From the IMG/VR virus record IMGVR_UViG_2609459792_000007: a DNA stretch of 64,000 nt; one strand, written 5' to 3'. Below the pieces are notes generated by a model that searched no databases, had not been told where the DNA came from, and saw only the letters and a list, made by a program, of their open reading frames with translations. Position 1 is the first letter of the stretch, and each line of letters begins with the position of its first letter. The position numbers were made by a program, and so were the translations under genes. Of this stretch, positions 37,425 through 47,313 are shown piece after piece. Source of the DNA: a virus. Lineage: Duplodnaviria > Heunggongvirae > Uroviricota > Caudoviricetes.

Positions 37425-38498
37425 ATGGCAAAAGGAAAATCCGCACTGGCACTTGCTCTGAAAAAGAAAATCGGTAGCAACGACGAAATTCAGAAAGTAA
37501 CTCATTGGATTGACACAGGCTTTCCTCCGTTAAACAAAGCTATTTCCGGTCGTTACGATGGCGGTTTCCCATGTGGTCGTATCGTAGAAGTATTCGGGCC
37601 GCCAAGCGCGGGGAAAACCTTTTTGGCAACAGCAGCAATGATCTCCGCTCAGAAACAAGATGGTCTGGCGGTATTCCTCGATCATGAGAACAGTTTTGAC
37701 GTTGGCCTGGCGGTAGCCAATGGCTTGAATGCAGATGAGGATGACGGTCAGTGGGTATACAAGCAGCCAGATACCTTCGAAGACTCTGTAGAGTTGATCG
37801 GCACAATACTTAAATTGGTACGTGATGAAGAGCTTATCCCTGAATCAGCACCTATCTGTATCGTGGCTGACTCACTTGCGTCTATGGTTCCGAACTCCAA
37901 AGCCGAGAAGTTCGAAAAGATGGCTGAAGGCACTGCTAAAGACAAAGATCAGCTAAACATGAACGACAATACGGCGCTTGCTCGTGCGACGAGCGCAAAC
38001 TTCCCCACTCTGGCTTTGTGGGCACGCAAATATAACGCCTGCATTATTTTCTTGAATCAGGTTCGCACAAAAATCGGTGTAATGTTTGGCGACCCTACGA
38101 CGTCGCCAGGCGGCGATTCACCGAAGTTTTACGCTTCTGTGCGCATCCGTCTCGGTGCATCGGTGATGAAGGATGGTAAAGAGAAGATCGGTCAGGACGT
38201 AGGCGCAGAGTGCATCAAAAACAAAGTTGCACCACCGTATGGCAAGTGCACCTGGAAATTCTACTTCGATCCTACTCGTGGCCTCGACGTTATCGAATCG
38301 CTCGTCGAGTACATGCTGGAAGAAGGATACCTGCCAAAGAACGCCAGCGGTCGAGTAGAAATTGGTGACAAGAAATACACCAAATCACAGATCGTCGAGA
38401 TGTATCGGGAGAAGCCACTAGCTGAAATCATTGCGGCTTTACAGGCAATCGACGACCGGAGATCAAAAGACAATCCCACCGAGTCAGTAGAAGAGTAA
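37425..38498 (+). CDS. RecA-like recombinase
   Basis: 357 aa; Walker A GPPSAGKTF; IVADSLASMVP and FLNQVRTKIGVMFGDPTTSPGG..KFYASVRIRL parallel bacterial RecA blocks as recalled. Confidence 0.8.
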   Translation: MAKGKSALALALKKKIGSNDEIQKVTHWIDTGFPPLNKAISGRYDGGFPCGRIVEVFGPPSAGKTFLATAAMISAQKQDGLAVFLDHENSFDVGLAVANGLNADEDDGQWVYKQPDTFEDSVELIGTILKLVRDEELIPESAPICIVADSLASMVPNSKAEKFEKMAEGTAKDKDQLNMNDNTALARATSANFPTLALWARKYNACIIFLNQVRTKIGVMFGDPTTSPGGDSPKFYASVRIRLGASVMKDGKEKIGQDVGAECIKNKVAPPYGKCTWKFYFDPTRGLDVIESLVEYMLEEGYLPKNASGRVEIGDKKYTKSQIVEMYREKPLAEIIAALQAIDDRRSKDNPTESVEE

Positions 38499-38513
38499 AC
38501 ACAAGGCGTCCAC

Positions 38514-38539
38514 AGGACGCCTTTTTTATCTCTTGAAAA
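38514..38539 (+). terminator. rho-independent terminator
   Basis: AGGCGTCC-ACAG-GGACGCCT followed by TTTTTT. Confidence 0.8.
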
Positions 38540-38590
38540 TATATAAGTACTTACTTATCATTTTCACATAACAACCACATAGGAAAACAC

Positions 38591-38791
38591 ATGATCAAAA
38601 TCTATCTATTGGCAGTAGCCACAGGCCTTTCAGTGGCTCTCATCTACGGATTACTGGTTCCGTCGCTGATTTCTGCAAAGAGTGATTTGGCCGTCATGCT
38701 TGGAGTTATTGTTGGTTTTGGCGCTCCAGTAATCGGTCTTATTGGTGGTCGTAAGTTTATTAACTCATTAATCAAAGCAAAGGGGAAATAA
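38591..38791 (+). CDS. small integral membrane protein
   Basis: 66 aa with two hydrophobic helices; immediately upstream of the SPFH lipoprotein gene. Confidence 0.5.
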   Translation: MIKIYLLAVATGLSVALIYGLLVPSLISAKSDLAVMLGVIVGFGAPVIGLIGGRKFINSLIKAKGK

Positions 38792-38794
38792 GTA

Positions 38795-39625
38795 ATGAAG
38801 AAAGGTTTACTTGCAGTTGCTCTGGCGGCTATTTGCACAATGGGTCTTACTGGCTGTGATCGCGTAGAGCCTGGATACGTTGGCATCAAAGTAAACAAAT
38901 TAGGTGAAGACAAAGGGATTGGTGAAGTGGTTGGCGTTGGTCGCCAATGGACAGGTCTTAACACCGAACTTTACGTATTCCCGACCTTCAAACAAATGAA
39001 GACCTACGACGAGCCGTTCACATTCCAGATGAGTGACGGTACTGCTATTGGTCACAAAATTGGCGTTGCGTATCTGGTTAATCGTGACAAGGTAACGACG
39101 GTGTTCCAGACCTATCGCAAAGGCGTAGACGATATCACCGAATCAGATCTGCGTCAGAAAATTGCCGACTCTCTAAACCGTTTGGCCAGCCGTATGACCA
39201 CTGACTCATTTATCGACGGTGGTAAGGCACAATTGTTGGACAACGCACTGAAAGATATTCAGAAAGAGATGTCTCCGGTTGGTATTGAGGTACTGAGCCT
39301 GTCATGGGTTGGAAAGCCTGATTACCCAAAAACCGTCATTGAATCTATCAACGCCAAAGTAACGGCTAACCAGCGTACTCTGCAACGTCAGCAGGAAGTC
39401 GAACAGCGTAAAGCTGAGGCGAATATGCTGCGTGAACAGGCTAATGGTGAAGCTGATGCTATCCGTGCTCGTGCGCAAGCAGAAGCAGACGCCATTCGTC
39501 TGCGCGGTGAAGCTCTGCGTCAAAACCCGAACGTTATGGAACTGGAAGCCATCAATAAATGGAATGGCCAGTTACCGCAGTACATGACTCAAGGGGCTAA
39601 CACTCCTTTCATTACAGTGAAATAA
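38795..39625 (+). CDS. SPFH/band-7 domain lipoprotein
   Basis: 276 aa; signal peptide with lipobox L-T-G-C; central band-7-like region and C-terminal Ala/Glu/Arg-rich coiled coil. Confidence 0.6.
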   Translation: MKKGLLAVALAAICTMGLTGCDRVEPGYVGIKVNKLGEDKGIGEVVGVGRQWTGLNTELYVFPTFKQMKTYDEPFTFQMSDGTAIGHKIGVAYLVNRDKVTTVFQTYRKGVDDITESDLRQKIADSLNRLASRMTTDSFIDGGKAQLLDNALKDIQKEMSPVGIEVLSLSWVGKPDYPKTVIESINAKVTANQRTLQRQQEVEQRKAEANMLREQANGEADAIRARAQAEADAIRLRGEALRQNPNVMELEAINKWNGQLPQYMTQGANTPFITVK

Positions 39626-39643
39626 CTCTCTTTAAGAAGATCA

Positions 39644-39669
39644 GGCGTCCAGTTGGACGCCGTTTTATT
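39644..39669 (+). terminator. rho-independent terminator
   Basis: GGCGTCC-AGTT-GGACGCC followed by GTTTTATT. Confidence 0.8.
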
Positions 39670-39720
39670 CTCGTTATTATCACATACAAGAAAACAATTT
39701 GTTAAAAGGTAAAGTTAATT

Positions 39721-40545
39721 ATGCCCAACCACATTACAAACGAAATCCGAGTCATAGGTGGTACAAATAAACAACGCTTAGATTTCATACGTGCCATAAC
39801 TAACAAAAAAGGTCTAATTGACTTTAATACCATTTGCAGACGTCCGAAAAGTATAGAAATGGAAGAAAACAATCATATCAGGCGCATGGCCTCTGCAATG
39901 GCGGGCGAAACAGTTTACGACTACATGTTCGGTGAATTAAAGACTCCAGAACAGGTCGAATTAGCTATGCGTGAATCTGGAATGACACGCAAGGAAATTC
40001 GCAAAATCAAAGAGCAGGCTCTTATGCGGCTTGAGAATTATCGTCGCTATGGCTATTACTCATGGTTTGACTGGTCGCGAGCTAATTGGGGAACAAAATG
40101 GAATGCCTACAACATCGAAATGCCCGTAAAACGTATCCCTACACGTATTAAGTACGGCCATAATTTCCGCCATACACACATTCGAGCATATGCAAAACGA
40201 ATCTATAAAAAACGTCTTGCAAGACATGCCGCAACTGGTGGTGAGTTGGTGATTCGCTTTGAAACAGCCTGGTCTATGCCAAAACCAATTTATCAAGCGA
40301 TGGCTAGAAAGTTCCCGCACCTTGAGTTTGTAATACGTTATGCAGACGAAGACTTCGGCAATAACTGCGGATTCATTTTACTTCGCAACGGCAAATGGGA
40401 ATATGACTACATTGCACCGGCGAATAACGAACAATCGTCAGAAGAAAAAATCAAATGGCGCAAGTTCGCCTTTGAGTTATGTTGTCCTGGTATCACTCCA
40501 CAAGAATACGGTCTAAATGAAGAATACGAATACGCCGGATATTAA
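39721..40545 (+). CDS. hypothetical protein, possibly DUF1281/Api92-like
   Basis: 274 aa; N-terminal HITNEIRV and SRANWGTKWNAY resemble a motif pair I associate with DUF1281-type plasmid/phage proteins; recollection only. Confidence 0.4.
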   Translation: MPNHITNEIRVIGGTNKQRLDFIRAITNKKGLIDFNTICRRPKSIEMEENNHIRRMASAMAGETVYDYMFGELKTPEQVELAMRESGMTRKEIRKIKEQALMRLENYRRYGYYSWFDWSRANWGTKWNAYNIEMPVKRIPTRIKYGHNFRHTHIRAYAKRIYKKRLARHAATGGELVIRFETAWSMPKPIYQAMARKFPHLEFVIRYADEDFGNNCGFILLRNGKWEYDYIAPANNEQSSEEKIKWRKFAFELCCPGITPQEYGLNEEYEYAGY

Positions 40546-40578
40546 AGAATTGTCATTTGGCTTTACGCTCGAAGCATA

Positions 40579-41331
40579 GTGGTTAAGAAGATGAAAAGAA
40601 AAATTGAAGAACCAAAAACGACACTTAATAAACATGGGGAAAAAATTCAAACACACCCAGCGTTCGGTCTTGTGAAAACAAGCCGTGTTAGCACGACTGG
40701 CATTCGTCTATTTGATTCAGAACTGGAACATAGAGACTATATTGAAATAGGCGTTTACGAGGCTGAACTGTCCTTAGACAATGAACGAACCCGGCCACAA
40801 AGGAGTAGCAATAGACGGCCTTTAGTTGAAATTAGACTTAGCCAGGCACAATGGGCTGCTATGGTTAGCAGTTTTGGTGTGGGCGAAGGTGTGCCATGCA
40901 CTATTTCATATAAAACCATTGGCGACTCAATTAGAGTTCATGATATTGCCGAGCAAAAAAGTATTCGGCAAAAATTCAACGATCAAATAAAGGCAGCTAC
41001 GAATAGTGAGATTGATCGACTTAATCAGCAAGTTTCAGAGCTAGGTGAGCTTGTGAAAAAAGGAAGAGCTGGAAAACGTGACCTTGAAGAACTATATAGA
41101 AAACTTGCATCTGCTGTAGCTAACCTTCCTGAAAATCTGTGCTTTGCTACCGAATTAATGCAGGAGCAAATGGATGAAATTGTCTCATCTGGAAAGGCGG
41201 AGATTGAGGCGTATGTTGCAGGCACTGTTATGCGTAAAGGGTTAGCAGCATTAGGCACAGAATCATGCATTAACGATGATCCTACTGTCTCTATCACCAA
41301 AATGGAAAGCGGTAAAGAATTACTGCCATAA
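40579..41331 (+). CDS. hypothetical protein
   Basis: 250-aa ORF; no motif recognised. Confidence 0.5.
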   Translation: MVKKMKRKIEEPKTTLNKHGEKIQTHPAFGLVKTSRVSTTGIRLFDSELEHRDYIEIGVYEAELSLDNERTRPQRSSNRRPLVEIRLSQAQWAAMVSSFGVGEGVPCTISYKTIGDSIRVHDIAEQKSIRQKFNDQIKAATNSEIDRLNQQVSELGELVKKGRAGKRDLEELYRKLASAVANLPENLCFATELMQEQMDEIVSSGKAEIEAYVAGTVMRKGLAALGTESCINDDPTVSITKMESGKELLP

Positions 41332-41351
41332 ATGCATCTGAGGTACTGACA

Positions 41352-41741
41352 ATGCTTTTAATTCAACCTGGTTTCGGTTTAAAGATAAAAAAAGGGCATA
41401 TGTTTGGTGAGCGAGATTCCAAACGAAAAATTCTGTCTATTCGATTACCATTTATCACCATTCATTGGTTAAACAGAGAGTCAACCGATTATTGGTATAA
41501 ATGCGCAAGAGCAGCATTTAACGACCCTGACTGGTTTGTAGAAAATCACCACGCGGTTCGTCAGGCAAAAAGAAAGGCTAATACGACATATATGAAGGCA
41601 TATCAGGATGCCTGGGAAGAACATCGTGGCCGATACCAAAAAAACATTGAAAAACTTGAATCAGAAAATATGGACCTAAGAAGAAAACTCGGTGAAGCAC
41701 GTCGAGACATCGAAGCATATAAACGTCTTGTATCGGAGTGA
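41352..41741 (+). CDS. hypothetical protein
   Basis: 129-aa ORF; basic, C-terminal coiled coil. Confidence 0.45.
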   Translation: MLLIQPGFGLKIKKGHMFGERDSKRKILSIRLPFITIHWLNRESTDYWYKCARAAFNDPDWFVENHHAVRQAKRKANTTYMKAYQDAWEEHRGRYQKNIEKLESENMDLRRKLGEARRDIEAYKRLVSE

Positions 41742-41904
41742 ATATGACTTTACGTTGTTTTTTCAAAGGGCATAGTTTTTCACTATACAGAAACAGAAAT
41801 AATAATGGGGCATTCTACATATGTAGTAAATGTGGGAGGACAAAATATCTTCCAGATGTCAAATTTGAAGGTCCTTAAATGTTTGCATTAAATGGGCAAT
41901 ACAG

Positions 41905-42321
41905 ATGATCACAACAGACTTTTCTAAATTAAGTGATTTTGAAATTAACAGACGAGTATGTGAGGCTTTAGATATGGAGGAGTATTTCTTCATACCTGAT
42001 GACGAAGCAAATTTCGATTCGGAGATCCCCACTGACGAAAGAGGTCCTGTTTGGCAGACGTCAAAAAGGGATATTAATGGCTTCCGTGCTTCAAACGGAA
42101 ATTGCTTCAATCCTTGCAACAACCCGGCGGACGCAAAGCCTATTATCGTAGAGAACAGAATTGGCATTATTCCTGCGCCAGAAAATGGATTATGGAAGGC
42201 TGCGCATAGAAAGATTGGTAACGATAATACTCCATACCATATGACTCAAAATGTAAATCCACTCCGCGCCGCCATGATTGTCTTTCTGATGATGAAAGAA
42301 AGTGAGAGTTGTACCGATTAA
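41905..42321 (+). CDS. hypothetical protein
   Basis: 138-aa ORF; no motif recognised. Confidence 0.45.
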   Translation: MITTDFSKLSDFEINRRVCEALDMEEYFFIPDDEANFDSEIPTDERGPVWQTSKRDINGFRASNGNCFNPCNNPADAKPIIVENRIGIIPAPENGLWKAAHRKIGNDNTPYHMTQNVNPLRAAMIVFLMMKESESCTD

Positions 42322-42620
42322 TGAATATATACGATTTTTTTAAAAAACCTAACACATGTGTCAGAAAAGGGTATAGACCGTCAGTCATCGATTGCTGGTC
42401 GCTATCAGCAAATAATCTCAACAATGTATTCAAAATGCATTGGGAGTTTCTTTGTGAAGCGCGCGGCGTTCTCGACATGACAGTCAGAGAAGCAATTATC
42501 TGGATTCTTTGGTTTCCGGTAAGAACATTTATGACTCTGACGTACCCATTTATCTTCTGGATTTGGGGAACCGTCCTTTATTTCATATTAAAAGGAGAAG
42601 TAAAACATGGCAGCAATTAA
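42309..42620 (+). CDS. hypothetical membrane protein
   Basis: 103-aa ORF with Trp/Phe-rich hydrophobic segments. Confidence 0.4.
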   Translation: MYRLMNIYDFFKKPNTCVRKGYRPSVIDCWSLSANNLNNVFKMHWEFLCEARGVLDMTVREAIIWILWFPVRTFMTLTYPFIFWIWGTVLYFILKGEVKHGSN

Positions 42621-43032
42621 GAAACTCTACGATGCCGCAAACGCGGCTCTGGATGTTATTGATGATGAAGTATCAAAAGGCTTTCCTGAACCTGATTGGG
42701 CGCATCAACTACGAAATGCTATCGCCGAAATGAATCCACCAGATCCGACCACCGACGAGACAGACTGGCAGCGATTTATCCGTATGTACGCTCAGGAAAT
42801 AGGTCCAACGCCAACGGCAGAGCAAGCAATGCTGCTGAAATACTTCAAAGAGGCGGGAGAGGATTTACCAATTGATGACTCAGCATATTGGTTCCACTGC
42901 GCATGGCGTAAGTATGACGTGATATTCACACAAGGCATGGGGAGCAAAGATATGGTTGTGTGGCATCTACTCCATATAGACACAGCCGTTGACAGAGTCA
43001 TTGAACAGTTTTTCCCTAAACAAGAAGATTGA
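42607..43032 (+). CDS. hypothetical protein
   Basis: 141-aa ORF; no motif recognised. Confidence 0.45.
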   Translation: MAAIKKLYDAANAALDVIDDEVSKGFPEPDWAHQLRNAIAEMNPPDPTTDETDWQRFIRMYAQEIGPTPTAEQAMLLKYFKEAGEDLPIDDSAYWFHCAWRKYDVIFTQGMGSKDMVVWHLLHIDTAVDRVIEQFFPKQED

Positions 43033-43087
43033 TCGCCTATTCATAACTAACAAAATAAGTAAACACTAACCACAAAAGGAAAAACAC

Positions 43088-43363
43088 ATGAGAGTTTTAG
43101 TTCGAATCGTTACCAGCACTGTCTATGACGTGTTTCCGCTTTTTATGGTCAAAGCCGATGGTCTTAACGACGAAGAAACTGACGCGCTGATCCAGCGTAT
43201 TCTCGTTGAATATACAGGTCATGACGCTGATTCAGTGATGGTTGATGATGATGGTGTTTGTTGGCATAACGGCAACTGTTGGTACGTAGAAGAGACTCAA
43301 CAAATCAGTGATGAAGATGCCGCACATCTTGAGCGTATTTTAAGCATCAGCACTTTTGAGTGA
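43088..43363 (+). CDS. hypothetical protein
   Basis: 91-aa ORF; conserved start context AAAAGGAAAAACACATG. Confidence 0.5.
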   Translation: MRVLVRIVTSTVYDVFPLFMVKADGLNDEETDALIQRILVEYTGHDADSVMVDDDGVCWHNGNCWYVEETQQISDEDAAHLERILSISTFE

Positions 43364-43402
43364 GTTTACAGTAAAATTTATATAAGTTAGTATCTACCTA
43401 TC

Positions 43403-43582
43403 ATGAAGATTTTTATTGAATACTTGTTACTCATCGTGTCAATAGCTTTTGTCATCGACTGCATTTTCACTGGTGTCATTCGTAAAGTCTTTTCCCCGGT
43501 GAACGACGTAGTCATAAACGCTTTGGCTATCGTGCTCGTATTTAATTCAGCATTTGATGTAATCAAAGAGGTGGCAGCATGA
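43403..43582 (+). CDS. small membrane protein (59 aa, below ORF-track cutoff)
   Basis: Read from sequence: MKIFIEYLLLIVSIAFVIDCIFTGV..; two hydrophobic helices; stop overlaps the next start (ATGA). Confidence 0.35.
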   Translation: MKIFIEYLLLIVSIAFVIDCIFTGVIRKVFSPVNDVVINALAIVLVFNSAFDVIKEVAA

Positions 43583-43914
43583 AGGCCATCCCATTTGCGC
43601 TGTTGTTCCTTTCTTCGATCGTTGTGGCCGACACCACTGTTTATCAGTGTGAAATGTCTGTAGCCGACGTTAAGAATGGCGCTCTTACCGACGTCATAAA
43701 AGCACCATATGGAGCGATGGTCGTAGACAGCGGCGACCAGTTCTATGTTGTGCGTGACGATCGAGTGTTGTCATCCCCATATCTCACAAATCGTAATGGC
43801 AAATTAACCGGCGTCGGAGAAGACCACTTCGTATACAACAAATACAAGGGCTTCTATGGCGTTCACGCTTCTCAGCAAAGCTACCTTTTCGATGACTGCA
43901 AGGAGGTTGGATAA
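43579..43914 (+). CDS. hypothetical secreted protein
   Basis: 111 aa; N-terminal signal-peptide-like MKAIPFALLFLSSIVVA. Confidence 0.45.
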   Translation: MKAIPFALLFLSSIVVADTTVYQCEMSVADVKNGALTDVIKAPYGAMVVDSGDQFYVVRDDRVLSSPYLTNRNGKLTGVGEDHFVYNKYKGFYGVHASQQSYLFDDCKEVG

Positions 43915-44126
43915 TGGCATTAACACTGGCAGGTCTGGAAATCGAGAAAACAAGCGGCTACTGGCGTGCTAAGGGTTTCAAGCAGCCTGGCATTCTTGAG
44001 CGTCTGGAACGTGAAGATGGGTATATCGTCCACCAGCGGCGTGAATGGCGTATGTACGATCCAGAAACAGGAAAACTGACTACAAAAGCCGGAACACTTT
44101 GGGGTCTGTTGAAGAAAATACACTAA
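43914..44126 (+). CDS. hypothetical protein
   Basis: 70-aa ORF; no motif recognised. Confidence 0.4.
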   Translation: MALTLAGLEIEKTSGYWRAKGFKQPGILERLEREDGYIVHQRREWRMYDPETGKLTTKAGTLWGLLKKIH

Positions 44127-44133
44127 TAGCACC

Positions 44134-44616
44134 AACCACTGCGGTGAGTAGTCTACTCACCGCATTCGTATCCAGCTCATTATCCACTGTAGTCAGTAAC
44201 AAAACCTTCCTACATATCTGCTAACCACTGTAGCGAGTAGACAGCCTTTCATTCGCATCAAACAACCACTATGGTGAGTATTGGAGTGAGATGTCCAGCG
44301 GGTATCCACTATGGTGAGTAAGCCTTTGCTGTTTTCAGTGGATATCCACTCGCCACAGTGGATACGCTCAAAGATGAGGGCGACAACAACCACTATAGAC
44401 AGTAAATTTTCCAAGATACCCAGTGACCACTAACCTCGCAGCCCTTGTTTCATCAGTGTTAGTGATCACTAACATTTAATTCAGTATTTGCATTCTACTG
44501 CCTACAGTGGTTATCAACAGATAACGATACTCACTATAGTGGATAGCGAATTACAGATATAAGTAAGGCTCACTACAGTGGATAGTGAGTCTTACTACTA
44601 ACTACAGTGGTTGGGC
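44134..44616. repeat. iteron array downstream of repA (incA-like)
   Basis: About 10 copies of a 9-bp core CCACTRTAG in both orientations, e.g. AACCACTGCGGTGAGTA, ATCCACTGTAGTCAGTA, CACTATAGTGGATAG, AACTACAGTGGTTGG. Confidence 0.8.
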
Positions 44617-45671
44617 TATTTGCGAGTCTTTGCCTTGCGCAACTCTTCGAGAAGCGCCAGTTCTTCTTTACTCAACATGACCATTTTGCCTTCTTTTTCG
44701 TCAGGCACAACGTCGATAATGTCATCTTGATTCTCATCTGGGAGGCTATATTCCGTCTCATCATTATCGATTTTTGTTGATATTTGTGCCTGGCGTAACT
44801 TTGGCCGCCTATAGTGGATGACGAAGTAGACCGAGTTTCCGCGCTTAACTTCCGTGTAATCGAGATATCCTATCTCTCGCAGCTGTTCCATAGCCTTTCT
44901 TACCGTCGCATTCTGAGTAATAGTGCGACTTGTCAGATTAAGTCTGGCGCGTAAACGGGCTAGTGATATTGGTGCCGGATCAGGCGGCAAACTTTCAATA
45001 AAAGTATAAAGCGCCTGAGCGGATTCTTTTCTTGAGAGTTCGTTTATAGCCCGGAGTTGCAGAAGAACCTTTTTGTCGAACTGGTAGAGTTCGAAAATCT
45101 TGGGATCTGCTTTCAGTTCGACCGTATCGTGCTTGACACTATATTTTGCCGTTTGCACAAGATGCGTTACGTAAAACTCATCAGAGCCTTTGCTACGGAA
45201 CGAGATGGTATTTGTGGCAATACGGCTTAGCGAACTGTCCAGGCGTTTGCGTAACTTCGCTGATGACCTGGCGGTCGGAATGCCACACAGCCTTACAAAC
45301 TCAACGAACGGCAACGTGACAGTATCGCCAACGACCTTGTGTTTGGCAAACGCGTGGATTATTCCCACCCACGTTTTAAAGTCGTTATCCATATCAAGCC
45401 GAAGGCCAGAGATCCTTATGTCTTCGTACCCTTCGGCTTTTGCCAGAGACAGCTGTTTGAGTTCAGCAGAGGCATCCATAGAGACCATTTGCCCCTTTCT
45501 TCCTCTGGATGTCGATTTCAGCGTCGGAACGAAGAGGCCCAGACGCATCAAAGCAACAGGCTGAACAGTGTTATTAGTGTTAGGAACCAACGTAACAACT
45601 TCGCCTGTCTTTTTATCTGTTTCTGAAAATGCTTCAACGATCGCTATGTTTTTATTGCCGTTTTCGCTCAT
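44616..45671 (-). CDS. repA: plasmid replication initiator RepA (P1 RepA-like)
   Basis: 351 aa; [49 protein letters not shown] and [12 protein letters not shown] parallel P1 RepA as recalled; flanked on both sides by iterons. Confidence 0.85.
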   Translation of the reverse strand: MSENGNKNIAIVEAFSETDKKTGEVVTLVPNTNNTVQPVALMRLGLFVPTLKSTSRGRKGQMVSMDASAELKQLSLAKAEGYEDIRISGLRLDMDNDFKTWVGIIHAFAKHKVVGDTVTLPFVEFVRLCGIPTARSSAKLRKRLDSSLSRIATNTISFRSKGSDEFYVTHLVQTAKYSVKHDTVELKADPKIFELYQFDKKVLLQLRAINELSRKESAQALYTFIESLPPDPAPISLARLRARLNLTSRTITQNATVRKAMEQLREIGYLDYTEVKRGNSVYFVIHYRRPKLRQAQISTKIDNDETEYSLPDENQDDIIDVVPDEKEGKMVMLSKEELALLEELRKAKTRK

Positions 45672-45715
45672 TCCAAATGTCTCTTGTTATTCGACGGCTT
45701 TGGTGGCCTTTGCTG

Positions 45716-46330
45716 ATTACAGTGGATAGTAGCACTCATCACAGCGGTTATCCTACCGTCTATAGTGGTTTTTCTCCTCTCTATAGTGGTTGCTTTGCTC
45801 CCTATAGTGGATTGTTCGCTCTCTATAGTGGATATCGATCATGTCTGAAGGCAGATGGCACAACGGTTTGAGGTGGGCGGGGATCTTATTGGGTCTTTAT
45901 GGGTCTCTTTGGTTCTCTTTGTGATCTGAATTACTGGATCGGGCCTGTGGATAAAAATCAGAGAATTTCAAGAACAGGTAACTCTACTCTTCTGTGGATA
46001 TTTAAGGACATAAGAATCATGACTAAGAGTAGAGTTTAAAATATATCTATGTATATCAGTATGTTAATGAAGAATTAAGTCATTAAGTTATCCATAAAAG
46101 ACAATGTGCTCTACTCTCTACAGTGGATATATACAGCTCTCCAGAGTGGTTGTTTTACTCTTCATAGCGGTTATTCAGCTCTCTACAGAGGTTTCTTTGC
46201 TCTCCATAGTGGATGGCAACACCCTTTCAGACCAGTAACCGCAACGGCTAGAGGCGATCGGGGATCTCTTTGGATCTTCTATTTGATCTTACTTGGGATC
46301 TCTTATTTGGATCTATCCAGTGGATAACTG
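45716..46330. other. iteron-type replication origin upstream of repA (iterons, DnaA boxes, GATC cluster, AT-rich tract)
   Basis: About 11 iterons (CTCTATAGTGGTT-type) at roughly 20-bp spacing in two groups (45716-45836, 46119-46215); DnaA box TGTGGATAA at 45946-45954 and near-consensus at 45994-46002 and 46319-46327; six GATC within 46257-46313; AT-rich 46020-46100. Confidence 0.8.
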
Positions 46331-46414
46331 GGATAAGTAAAACAGGCAAATGCAGATTAAGGTATGCCTAATGAGTTATCGTAGCATCGGCCAATAACTA
46401 CTGAAAAAACGATT

Positions 46415-47059
46415 ATGGATCTAAAACGCACGCGCTGGGTTCGTCGTCTTGAGGACGGCTCCTACACTATCGAATCAAATTCCAACCTGAATAAGCAGAA
46501 GTTACTTTGTGATATCTGCGGTATAGCGGCGAAGTGCCCGATCTACGAAACCAGAATTAAACTTGATAAGGCTGGTGTGAACTTTCATTTGAATAGTTGT
46601 ATCAGGTACGTTCCATTGCTCGCATTTCGTAAACCGATCATCGGATTGGATGCGCCCTACTTCAACACACTCCGTTCAGGGGTAACGTGGCGAGATCGTT
46701 TATCACCAGACAAGCTGATTTGCCTCGTATCCGCAGACACAGGGAAAATCATCCGTTTTGGGAAAGTAGACAAGGTTTACTCAGGCCCAGTTGACGAGAT
46801 GTTGCGGAAACACAGCCGGTTTAATCACCTCTGCATGGGTGGTGAGAAAATCGAGAAGGTTGAAGAAGTGATCCGCAAATCCTACGGACACTTCCTGACC
46901 AAAGATAGCCTGCTCACTGCAATCTACATCAGACATGTAAAACGTGAGTTCGACCTTGAATACCATAGCGAAGAAGAACTGAACCTTGTCGATCCACGTC
47001 CTAAAGCTGGCGTCATAAGCATAAATGCAGCGCGTAAAAAGCCCACTGACGCGCTGTAA
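46415..47059 (+). CDS. hypothetical protein
   Basis: 214-aa ORF; no motif recognised. Confidence 0.5.
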   Translation: MDLKRTRWVRRLEDGSYTIESNSNLNKQKLLCDICGIAAKCPIYETRIKLDKAGVNFHLNSCIRYVPLLAFRKPIIGLDAPYFNTLRSGVTWRDRLSPDKLICLVSADTGKIIRFGKVDKVYSGPVDEMLRKHSRFNHLCMGGEKIEKVEEVIRKSYGHFLTKDSLLTAIYIRHVKREFDLEYHSEEELNLVDPRPKAGVISINAARKKPTDAL

Positions 47060-47313
47060 CCCTCCAGATCGTATATTGGCGTAGATAGAATCTACGCCCC
47101 CTCAAAATAGCTCTCATAGCGTTCTACAGTGATCCTGTCTTATTTTTAGTCATACAGACAAGCAAAGTTGCGCCACGATAAATAGGTATATACTTACTTA
47201 TAAATTTTGTATATTAAGGCGCTCGTTTCATTCCTAACATACCGTTATGCATAGTTGTTTACCTCCTCATTGCTCTTAGAATTTGTATCAAAATAACCAC
47301 AAAGGAAAAACAC

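Noticed and set aside
44134-46330. CRISPR array as an explanation for the short repeats around repA
   Set aside because: Units are degenerate, occur in both orientations, lack uniform unique spacers and flank a Rep initiator gene; iterons fit better.
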